From: an uncultured Bacilli bacterium
GTDB taxonomy: Bacteria; Bacillota_I; Bacilli_A; RF39; UBA660
DNA length: 64,000 nt
Direction of reading: 5' to 3'
NCBI GenBank assembly: GCA_963931685.1
Contig: OZ007038.1
Span: forward strand, 810,940 to 874,939
Shown here: positions 54,996 to 64,000 of the stretch, piece after piece
Position numbering within the stretch: position 1 is the first letter of the stretch
How the letters are laid out: the number at the start of each line of letters is the position of its first letter
Notes under the pieces: generated by a model
The model's input: the letters and a program-made list of their open reading frames with translations, nothing else
What the model was told of the DNA's origin: nothing
Database searches by the model: none
Position numbers and translations under genes: made by a program

Positions 54996-55517
54996 TTAAT
55001 TTAGTGACTTATAAAGGTTAAGGATTTCTAGCATTTCTTTAGTGATACCTTTTTTGTCACCATATTTTTGTACATTTTCCTTTAGTTCTTCTTCAACATC
55101 ATTTACAGGAATATATCTTAATTCAAAGTTTCCGTCTTTTTCGCTTTCTGTATAAGAAGTATTATTTAGGTTTGGTTTTTCATCAGTTTTAAGTTCATAA
55201 TAATATATTTCTATTTTTCGGTTTTTACCTTTTTCTGGCCAGTCTTTATAGTAACTTATCATTTTGGCAAAAGGATTAATATTCAAATGATTTAAGACTA
55301 TTCCTGTTTCTTCTTTTATTTCTCTTTTGATTGTTTGAACTAAATTTTCGCCTTTTTCAACATGTCCACCTGGAAATTGGTAATCACTATGAGAATAACC
55401 TAATAAAATTTCATTATTAGAATTGGTTATTAATAATTTAACTCTTTTTACTACTTCTGTGACATCTTTTTCTTTTAAATTGCTTTCATTTCTAATAATT
55501 TCTTTCATATCAATCAC
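54996..55517 (-). CDS. NUDIX hydrolase
   Basis: Nudix box GGHVEKGENLVQTIKREIKEETGI. Confidence 0.85.
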   Translation of the reverse strand: MIDMKEIIRNESNLKEKDVTEVVKRVKLLITNSNNEILLGYSHSDYQFPGGHVEKGENLVQTIKREIKEETGIVLNHLNINPFAKMISYYKDWPEKGKNRKIEIYYYELKTDEKPNLNNTSYTESEKDGNFELRYIPVNDVEEELKENVQKYGDKKGITKEMLEILNLYKSLN

Positions 55518-55696
55518 CTTTTATAAAAATTCTTTTCAAAATTATATTTTTTTAGTGTATTAAGAGAAAAAAACAGAATCTTCTCCAGCCACTTTTGAAA
55601 TTGTATGAATATGAAGATCAATTTTTTTCAATGTAATCTCCTCCTATAAATTATTTTATCATTCTTTGTAGAATTAATAAATATTTATCAGATAAT

Positions 55697-55729
55697 TTAC
55701 TAGGAAATTACTAGGAAATTACTAGGAAA
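55697..55729 (+). repeat. 3 x 11-bp perfect tandem repeat TTACTAGGAAA
   Basis: Read directly. It lies 40 nt upstream of the truncated AlbA_2-like ORF. Confidence 0.9.
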
Positions 55730-55768
55730 TGTGATATGATTAATTTGACAATAATCGGAGGTGTAAAA

Positions 55769-55924
55769 ATGATAGAAGCTATAGAAGATTCAAGGACAGA
55801 ATTTAAAATTAAATTAGTGGATGACTTGGAAGAAACAGTTATAGCCTTTTTAAATAAAGATGGTGGTAGCATCTTTATTGGTGCTGATAAAAATGGCAAA
55901 TGGATTGTTATTGATAGAAAATAA
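55769..55924 (+). pseudogene. N-terminal fragment of an AlbA_2/Schlafen-type putative DNA-binding ATPase gene
   Basis: MIEAIEDSRTEFKIKLVDDLEETVIAFLNKDGGSIFIGADKNGK matches the N-termini of AlbA_2-domain proteins, which are normally several hundred aa. Here the ORF stops after 51 codons, next to the tnpB element. Confidence 0.5.
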
Positions 55925-55989
55925 TTAGAACAGAAAAATTGTAGCAATAAAATGCTATGATTTTTATTTTTAGAATGATTTTTATGTGT

Positions 55990-56160
55990 TGCCAAGCTGC
56001 ATAGGAGTTCGAAAGAACAAAGGTCAAAATAAATTTTGACTAGCTTACCTCGCGGTAAGCTTTTTCTACTTCAACGGAACCTAAAGCTCCTCCATAGACC
56101 AGTATTGGATGGTCGCCACCCTAATTTATATTATTTGTTTGTCAAAATTTATGATTAGAT
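55990..56160 (-). ncRNA. candidate TnpB guide-RNA scaffold (omega/reRNA) and IS right end; boundaries not determined
   Basis: This region lies immediately 3' of tnpB on the same strand. It carries stable hairpins (GCTTACC-GCGA-GGTAAGC, GTCAAAAT-TTA-TTTTGAC, GTTC-TTTC-GAAC). The call rests on the known position of omega RNA in IS605-family elements. Confidence 0.25.
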
Positions 56161-57303
56161 ACCTTGTTCTAAATATAACACGTATTTTTCTAAACCTTTA
56201 AACATTATATTAACTGCTGCATTATAATCACGTTCGTGCTCTGTATGACACACTGGACATTCCCAACTTCTTATACTTAAATCTTTAACTTCCTTATTTT
56301 GATAATCACATACACTGCATATTTGACTGCTTGGATAATACCTATCTATTTGTATTAATTTTTTATTATTAAAGTTAGCTTTGTATTTAAGTACTCTGAT
56401 GATTTCTGATATTGGATTTTCATTTAAGCCTTTTGCCACATAGTGATTCTTTTGCATACTTTTTACATCTAAATTCTCAGTTACTATAATGTCATTTTCG
56501 TTTATTAATTTATTTGTTATATCATGTATCATATGTTTTCTTGCATTTCTTATTTTTTGATATAATCTTTGTATTTTTAATTTCATTTTATATCTATTTT
56601 TACTTCCTTTTTTACATCTAGAAAAGCCCCTTTGTAAGCCTATCATTCTTTTAGTGTTAAGTTTTATATTATTTTCTATTTTCTCATTAAATGATGTTAC
56701 TATTAAATCTTTTATCCCTAGATCTATTCCTATTATACTTGTTGGAACAAAAGATGGTCGTATTAATTCTTCTTCGATTAAGATACTTACATAGTATTTA
56801 CCGGCCTCTTTCTTAACTACTGCACTTTTTACCTCACCAGGTATAATATTTTTATTCCTATATCCTCTTATCTTTACCTCTTTTAATTTTGGTAAAGTGA
56901 TTGTTTTATTTTTTAAATCTAATTTTATACTATTATAATTATTTCCTTTATAACTACTTTTTATATTATTAGTTTTATAACTTTCATGTACTCCTTTTGC
57001 TTTAAATTTAGGATACCCATTTCCATTATAAAAATTGGTAAAAGCATTATCTAAATTAAATAGACTATTTCGAAGTGCGCAACTATCTACTTCTTTTAAA
57101 AATGAATATTCTTTAGAAAGTGATGGTATTAATTTAATTTGGTCATATGCACTTTTACTTTTGCCAGTTTCTTTATATTCTTTTATTTTATCATCTAAGA
57201 AATGATTATATATAAATCTACAGCATCCAATAGTTTTATTAATTAGTTCTTCCTGAGCTTTGTTTGGATACATTCTAAACACATAACCTTTTAGTGTTTT
57301 CAT
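56155..57303 (-). CDS. tnpB: IS200/IS605-family TnpB (OrfB) RNA-guided endonuclease
   Basis: Typical N-terminus MKTLKGYVFRMYPNKAQ. It has a RuvC-like region (IIGIDLGIKDL) and a C-terminal zinc finger CSVCDY...CPVCHTEHERDYNAAVNI. Preferred start is ATG 57303. No tnpA is adjacent. Confidence 0.85.
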   Translation of the reverse strand: MKTLKGYVFRMYPNKAQEELINKTIGCCRFIYNHFLDDKIKEYKETGKSKSAYDQIKLIPSLSKEYSFLKEVDSCALRNSLFNLDNAFTNFYNGNGYPKFKAKGVHESYKTNNIKSSYKGNNYNSIKLDLKNKTITLPKLKEVKIRGYRNKNIIPGEVKSAVVKKEAGKYYVSILIEEELIRPSFVPTSIIGIDLGIKDLIVTSFNEKIENNIKLNTKRMIGLQRGFSRCKKGSKNRYKMKLKIQRLYQKIRNARKHMIHDITNKLINENDIIVTENLDVKSMQKNHYVAKGLNENPISEIIRVLKYKANFNNKKLIQIDRYYPSSQICSVCDYQNKEVKDLSIRSWECPVCHTEHERDYNAAVNIMFKGLEKYVLYLEQGI

Positions 57304-57460
57304 ATCATCACCTTCTATCATTATTGCATTCACTATATCACATACTATTTATTTTGTAAAGTTTTTTGGCGAACGAATGTTTTTGGGTAAAAAATGTACT
57401 TTCCTTATATACAAAAAAATCAAATCCATTTCTGAATTTGATATTTATCATAATGCTCGA

Positions 57461-57492
57461 AAGTTCGAGCAGATTCTTCTCTGGAGCGGGTG
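57461..57492 (+). repeat. left copy of the 32-nt imperfect direct repeat (tRNA-Gly 3'-end-like)
   Basis: AAGTTCGAGCAGATTCTTCTCTGGAGCGGGTG versus AAGTTCGAACAGAAACGTCACTGGAGCGGATG at 63301-63332. 26 of 32 positions are identical, in the same orientation. Confidence 0.6.
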
Positions 57493-57728
57493 TCGTAGTT
57501 ATCTACAACTCTTTTCCAATAACGAAAGAGTACATATAATCTTCCGTTGCTAGTAATAATATACCACGTTTTAAGTGTTTATGGAATAGATTTTTGTTAA
57601 TTTTACAATCCTTCGCACAAATTGTAATTTATAATTTGCTTATTACTTTTTTCTGTCAACTTCTTTGTTTACACTATTGCTAATAATATAGAAATTGGAA
57701 ATATAGCTACTGGATAAAATTCTTATTT

Positions 57729-58640
57729 TCAATTTTTCAATTTAAAAATTTTCTTTTGGCGCTTAGTTTCAAATTTCCAATAACCATGATTACGATTTCG
57801 ATGTTTTTTTTGAATCTTGTTTTGATTGTTTTTCATGGCTTGTTCAGCATTTAATATAATAGCTTTTTTTTCGTTGGAAACAAATTTAAGAAAAACATCA
57901 TATAGGTATAGCCATCCATCGTATGAGATCTCAGTAAGCGTTGACTCTAATTTGATTTTTAAAAACTTGCAAATGCGTTTTTGTTGCTCATAAGTAAACA
58001 ATTTTTTTGTTTTATCTTTGAAAGTATTTCCAGACGCTAAAAATATATATGATAAAAAATTTCTATAGTCTGTCGCATCCTCAACATCTGCTGATGTTTT
58101 TCTTTGAAAGTGAGCAAAACATATTCGTGCATTTGGCACAGGATAAAAATCTGATGGTTTAAACTCATAAATCAATTCAGCGGAAAACCAAGGTTTGTAT
58201 AAAAGAGACCTCAAACTTTCGTTATAAAAAGGCTGTCCAGAATACCTTAGAAAAGCTTCATACTGCATTATGAAATATATATCTTCAGGAGGATTATCAT
58301 CTTCAAATACTTTTTTCATAATATCAGCAGTTATGTTAAATGGAATATTTGCACATACTTTATATGGTTCTTTTACTGATATTTTATATTTTAAAAAATC
58401 CATCTCTATTATTTGAACTTTTTTAGATTCTTTATACCTTTCAGATAAAGTTTTCGCTAATTTTGCATCAAACTCTATTGCTATAACTTTCTTGCTTTTT
58501 TTTGCAAGTTCATTGGTAATAATTCCTTTTCCAGGACCTATCTCAATTACAATATCGTCGTTACAAATATTACTCTTTGATAACAAGGTCGCTACAAGTT
58601 GTTTACTATGTAAATAATTTTGCGAATGTTCTATTCCCAT
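57729..58640 (-). CDS. Erm-like 23S rRNA adenine N6-methyltransferase (candidate MLS-B resistance)
   Basis: SQNYL start, SAM-binding VIEIGPGKGIIT, and YKVCANIPFNITADIMKKV (Erm-type NIPYNIS). At 303 aa it is longer than typical Erm, with a basic C-terminal tail. Confidence 0.6.
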   Translation of the reverse strand: MGIEHSQNYLHSKQLVATLLSKSNICNDDIVIEIGPGKGIITNELAKKSKKVIAIEFDAKLAKTLSERYKESKKVQIIEMDFLKYKISVKEPYKVCANIPFNITADIMKKVFEDDNPPEDIYFIMQYEAFLRYSGQPFYNESLRSLLYKPWFSAELIYEFKPSDFYPVPNARICFAHFQRKTSADVEDATDYRNFLSYIFLASGNTFKDKTKKLFTYEQQKRICKFLKIKLESTLTEISYDGWLYLYDVFLKFVSNEKKAIILNAEQAMKNNQNKIQKKHRNRNHGYWKFETKRQKKIFKLKN

Positions 58641-58786
58641 AAATACCTCCTTTACAAATTACTATTTGTGTATCACTTTTATAATCTAATTATACTACTT
58701 TTTAAGGCATTTTAATAGTGTTTAAGAGCAAAAAAAGAAAACTACTTATAAAGTAATTCATCACTTATAAAACATCCTCTTAAAAA

Positions 58787-60178
58787 CTATAATTCAAAGT
58801 CATCTCGACCTTTATCTTTATGTTTATCATTTTCTTTATTCCAAACATAATCATCTTTAATTGATTCAATAGTTTCATCACTAAATATTCCGTGTTCGTA
58901 CATATCTTTAGATACTTTCCAATAATCCTCTCGTTCCTTTTCTTTACCAAACATCTTATTTTTAATGAATTTTACTAATCTTCTAAATAGATTTTTGAAA
59001 TAATCGACCATTTCTTGTAGGTGTTTATTATCATTTTTTAACTCTTTAATCTCTTTGTTTTTATTATCAATATTTTTAGATAAAGTATCAACTTTAAGAG
59101 TTAATGCTTTATTATTTTCAGTCAGTATTTTAATCTTTTCTCTATTTTCTTGTAATTCAGTATCAACATTATTTAAGGTTACTGATAACATTTCAGTCTT
59201 TTTAAAATCTTTGTTAGTATCCTGAACTTTATCAACATAGTCTATAATCTTATTTCTATCACTCTCTGAAATAGTGTAGGTATTTTTAACTATTGGTGCT
59301 TTTTTTAGATTATTGATAGTATCTTTAATATCATTTGTAGTTTTATCAAGTTCACTAGATTTTTTACTCGCAATTTCTAATGCTTCTTTGTCCTTATTAA
59401 GTTCTTCTTTCATTGCTTGGTAGTTAGTCATATCTTTAACATTTATGTCTTTATTTCTGCCTTTTTCTTTCTTCTTTAAGATATTATTAAGACCATATTC
59501 TTTATTAAAACTTGCAATACACAATGTTCTCATTTTATCTTGAATAGTACGTAAACTATCTCTAGTGAAAACATCGCCTTTACCAACTTGTTTAGACATA
59601 CCATTTTTGCTTTTATATTTTATTGGTACACCTACAACATGAAGATGTGGACTTGTTTCATCATAATGAATAATTGCACTTGCTATTTTAAAATCAGGAA
59701 CTAACTCTTGTAAATCATTAAGTTGTTCTTTAAAGACATTAGTCATTTTATGTTTAAATTTATCATCTTTAGTGTCCCAGTATTTTTTATCTCCAAGTTC
59801 TATAATAATCTCACAAGCAAGATCGTTTTTAGTATTATCACTTATCTTTTTAAAGTAATCAGTAATCTTTCTATCATTTCTACCTTTATTTTCTTGCTCT
59901 TTGTTATATTCAAGTCTTGCTTCTTCAAATTCTTCTAAATAGAGATTTTTAACATCTTCATAAAGAGAAGTAGTACCCTTGATTATTTCTATCAATTCGC
60001 TATTGTTATCATACTTACGATAGTTATGTTTATCTACTCTTGATAATTGCTTTGCATTTTGGATAGCATTATTAGATAGAGAGGTAGAACCAGAAGTATT
60101 GTTCTTTGCCATATTTTTTGATGATGGCTTTCTATTTTTATCACTACTTAAATGTAGTGAGTAAGACAATTCGCTCAT
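58787..60178 (-). CDS. MobV-family (Pre/Mob) relaxase
   Basis: HYDETSPHLHVVGVPI (the MobV HxDE...PHxH motif) followed by a long coiled-coil C-terminus. Confidence 0.8.
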   Translation of the reverse strand: MSELSYSLHLSSDKNRKPSSKNMAKNNTSGSTSLSNNAIQNAKQLSRVDKHNYRKYDNNSELIEIIKGTTSLYEDVKNLYLEEFEEARLEYNKEQENKGRNDRKITDYFKKISDNTKNDLACEIIIELGDKKYWDTKDDKFKHKMTNVFKEQLNDLQELVPDFKIASAIIHYDETSPHLHVVGVPIKYKSKNGMSKQVGKGDVFTRDSLRTIQDKMRTLCIASFNKEYGLNNILKKKEKGRNKDINVKDMTNYQAMKEELNKDKEALEIASKKSSELDKTTNDIKDTINNLKKAPIVKNTYTISESDRNKIIDYVDKVQDTNKDFKKTEMLSVTLNNVDTELQENREKIKILTENNKALTLKVDTLSKNIDNKNKEIKELKNDNKHLQEMVDYFKNLFRRLVKFIKNKMFGKEKEREDYWKVSKDMYEHGIFSDETIESIKDDYVWNKENDKHKDKGRDDFEL

Positions 60179-60193
60179 AAACTATCAACCCCC

Positions 60194-60406
60194 TTATTTA
60201 TCATTAAAATATTTTCTTGCATCTTCTAAAGTAGGGAAGAACTCTTGATTCATCATTGCATTAGAATTTGGTTCAATATAGGTACAAACGATATAGTGAT
60301 TAAAACAATTATCAGCATAGATTAAATACAAGTTTTCTTTCTCATCAATTAGATGGCATTTACCATATTTTAAATTATAAAATTCTCGTTTATATTCAAA
60401 GTCCAT
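60194..60406 (-). CDS. hypothetical small protein
   Basis: About 70 aa, upstream of and co-directional with mob. No motif recognised. Confidence 0.35.
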   Translation of the reverse strand: MDFEYKREFYNLKYGKCHLIDEKENLYLIYADNCFNHYIVCTYIEPNSNAMMNQEFFPTLEDARKYFNDK

Positions 60407-60783
60407 ATATAAAATCACACTCCTTATTTTAAACTTATTTTGGCTTTGTCAAAATGTTTAACCCCCTAGGTATTTTGACGTACCATCAAAATTACCTCGT
60501 GGGCTAGGGCTTCCCTAGAACCCTTTTGACTTATTCCATAATGTTTTAAAGCTAACGCAATAAAACAAAATTACATAAGTCTTGGTAACAAACTATCGCC
60601 ACTTTCATTGAACTTCGTTCAACAAAACGTGCCACGTTTGTTATAACTTTTTTCATTAAAAAGTTAGCAAAAAATCTTTTATGATAGATAAGTCTAAAAC
60701 AAGAAAAGTAAACTTTTTTGTTTTAAACTTGCTCCATTATTTATTTAATTATTTCTAGTCAAGGGTTTCACGAGTAAATAAAT

Positions 60784-62730
<1,947 letters not shown>

Positions 62731-62934
62731 TCACATCCTTTCTAAAAAAATAAGAGATAAAAGCCCATAGATACATCTACTACCTTTATCTCTTTAACTT
62801 ATGTTTTTAAATTGTGTACTTCCAAATCATAACCCCATTAAAAAGATTTGGTATGTAAATTCCCCTTGTTTTCGCTTTATATGATAAGGTTTTAAAGAGA
62901 AAAAGTCAATATCATTTGCAAAACTCATTAGTGT

Positions 62935-63219
62935 TTAAGCCATATTCTTTATGTAATCTTCAAGTTCTACTAATTTAATCTTTTTACTTAAATTACCTAC
63001 ATAAATATCAGTAGAATAGTTAAATGCTAGAAAAGTAGTATTGTTTATAATGATTTTATGTGGTTCTAGGTAGTTCAAGTTAGTATTGTTTATTCGTTTG
63101 ATACTACCATTGATAATCTTTGGTGTAGTATGGCAAAACTCACAAATAAACTCAATACGTTGTTTAAGATTACTTTCCATTTCTAATTCTTGTGTAGTAA
63201 ACTTTATCATAAAAATCAC
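62935..63219 (-). CDS. hypothetical small protein
   Basis: 94 aa ORF between the serine recombinase gene and the tRNA. No motif recognised. Confidence 0.35.
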   Translation of the reverse strand: MIFMIKFTTQELEMESNLKQRIEFICEFCHTTPKIINGSIKRINNTNLNYLEPHKIIINNTTFLAFNYSTDIYVGNLSKKIKLVELEDYIKNMA

Positions 63220-63300
63220 ATCCTTTCCTTATTAATTCTTTTGTAAACACAAAAAAATCAACCCGAACGGATTGATATGTATCTCAAGTTCAAACTATAA

Positions 63301-63332
63301 AAGTTCGAACAGAAACGTCACTGGAGCGGATG
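63301..63332 (+). repeat. right copy of the 32-nt imperfect direct repeat, overlapping the tRNA-Gly 3' end
   Basis: See 57461-57492. Positions 63322-63332 are the last 11 nt of the tRNA. Confidence 0.6.
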
Positions 63333-63395
63333 AGGAGAATCGAACTCCCGTAATCAGCTTGGAAGGCTGGGGTTCTACCATTGAACTACATCCGC
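63322..63395 (-). tRNA. tRNA-Gly (anticodon UCC), CCA encoded
   Basis: GCGGATG-TA-GTTC-AATGGTA-GAAC-C-CCAGC-CTTCCAA-GCTGA-TTAC-GGGAG-TTCGATT-CTCCT-CATCCGC-TCCA folds as a cloverleaf. The T-loop is TTCGATT and the anticodon loop is CT-TCC-AA. Confidence 0.9.
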
Positions 63396-63413
63396 AATTA
63401 GTAGACAATATAA

Positions 63414-63441
63414 ATTATACTATATTTTGAATATTTGTCAA
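63414..63441 (-). promoter_or_regulatory. sigma-A-type promoter of tRNA-Gly
   Basis: On the minus strand: TTGACA, a 16-nt spacer, then TATAAT. The -10 element ends about 18 nt before the mature tRNA 5' end. Confidence 0.6.
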
Positions 63442-63930
63442 TAGCACCCCAGCCGTTTTTTGAAAAAAATATAATACTGGAAATTGACAATTCAGTTTTG
63501 ATAAGTTTGAAAGTATATTAAGAGTAATATACCAGCAATTAAAAAACTACTTCCTAATAATTTTATTTCATATAATCTTTTTTCATGATAAGAAGCTTTT
63601 TCTAATGCTTTATAATTTCTAATAAAGAAGTAAATATAAATTAATAATGTTACTATTAATGTAATTTTAAAAATTTTATTGGATTTATCTTGATATGTTT
63701 CTTGGTTTGTTGGTACATACTCCTCCTCTATTTTATCACCATATACATTTAAAAGAGAGATGATGGCAAAAATAATTCAAAGAAGTTCTTCGAATTTTAG
63801 TCTTTTAATTTCTTTTGTGGTATCATTCATATTATATTTTATTCTATTAAAAATAGTGTAATGATTTTATATTAAAATTAAAAAGTCTTTGATTTTTCAT
63901 TTATATCAAAGACTAATTATTAAATTATAT

Positions 63931-64000
63931 TTATTTTAAATTTTCTAACAACTTTTTACTATTTAATAAGATTCTATCTTTGGCTTCTTTTTCTCTAAAA
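63931..64000 (-). CDS. 3' end of an unidentified minus-strand gene (runs off the window)
   Basis: An open frame reads ..REKEAKDRILLNSKKLLENLK-stop, with the stop at 63933-63931. Only 22 codons are visible. Confidence 0.25.
   Translation of the reverse strand, partial: FREKEAKDRILLNSKKLLENLK

Noticed and set aside
55711-55995. 94-aa minus-strand ORF
   Set aside because: It is antisense to the AlbA_2-like stub, which has a good RBS and a recognisable N-terminus. It also crosses the 11-bp tandem repeat.
57481-57530. Possible second tRNA or tRNA fragment (TGGAGCGGGTG... resembles the tRNA-Gly 3' end)
   Set aside because: The adjacent hairpin has a 7-bp stem and a 4-nt loop rather than a T-arm. 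No anticodon or D arm can be drawn. It is treated as a repeat/att remnant only.
63760-63861. 33-codon plus-strand ORF encoding a hydrophobic peptide (MMAKIIQRSSSNFSLLISFVVSFILYFILLKIV), a possible type I toxin
   Set aside because: The RBS is weak, no antisense RNA features could be defined, and such ORFs arise easily in AT-rich DNA. It cannot be supported from sequence alone.

Overview
This is a strongly AT-rich chromosome segment from a spore-forming low-GC Firmicute (yqfC/yqfD and spoVS are present; the exact taxon cannot be determined here). Nearly all genes lie on the minus strand. The conserved backbone is dgkA'-ybeY-vanZ-like-yqfD-yqfC, SPFH/NfeD, a csoR paralog, recG, pdp, an ssb-like gene, sufB ... 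sufU, spoVS, csoR-copZ-copA, rarA, ccdA/thioredoxin, an SOS-boxed Y-family polymerase and tRNA-Gly. Accessory DNA interrupts it repeatedly: (i) an operon of an XRE regulator, an ImmA-Fic fusion and a Gly/Tyr-repeat protein; (ii) a ~16.2-kb island bounded by 15-bp direct repeats at the recG terminator, carrying a type I R-M system, a phage-like int/cI/cro/replication module with no structural genes, and a HigB / HigA-ImmA / tandem-PemK cluster; (iii) an IS66-family IS 17 nt upstream of recG; (iv) an IS3-family IS in a terminator loop; (v) a complete diversity-generating retroelement (target with VR, TR, MutS-domain-I-like ORF, Avd, RT) whose template repeat is split by an IS4-like insertion; (vi) a recombinase-in-trio (RIT) element with ~94-bp inverted repeats; (vii) an IS200 and a tnpB-only IS605-family element; (viii) an erm-like / MobV relaxase / large serine recombinase module next to tRNA-Gly. 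The most interesting loci are the DGR, whose adenine-only TR/VR differences can be read directly from the sequence, and the ImmA-Fic / repeat-protein operon. All functional calls rest on motif recognition by eye; no database search was possible.
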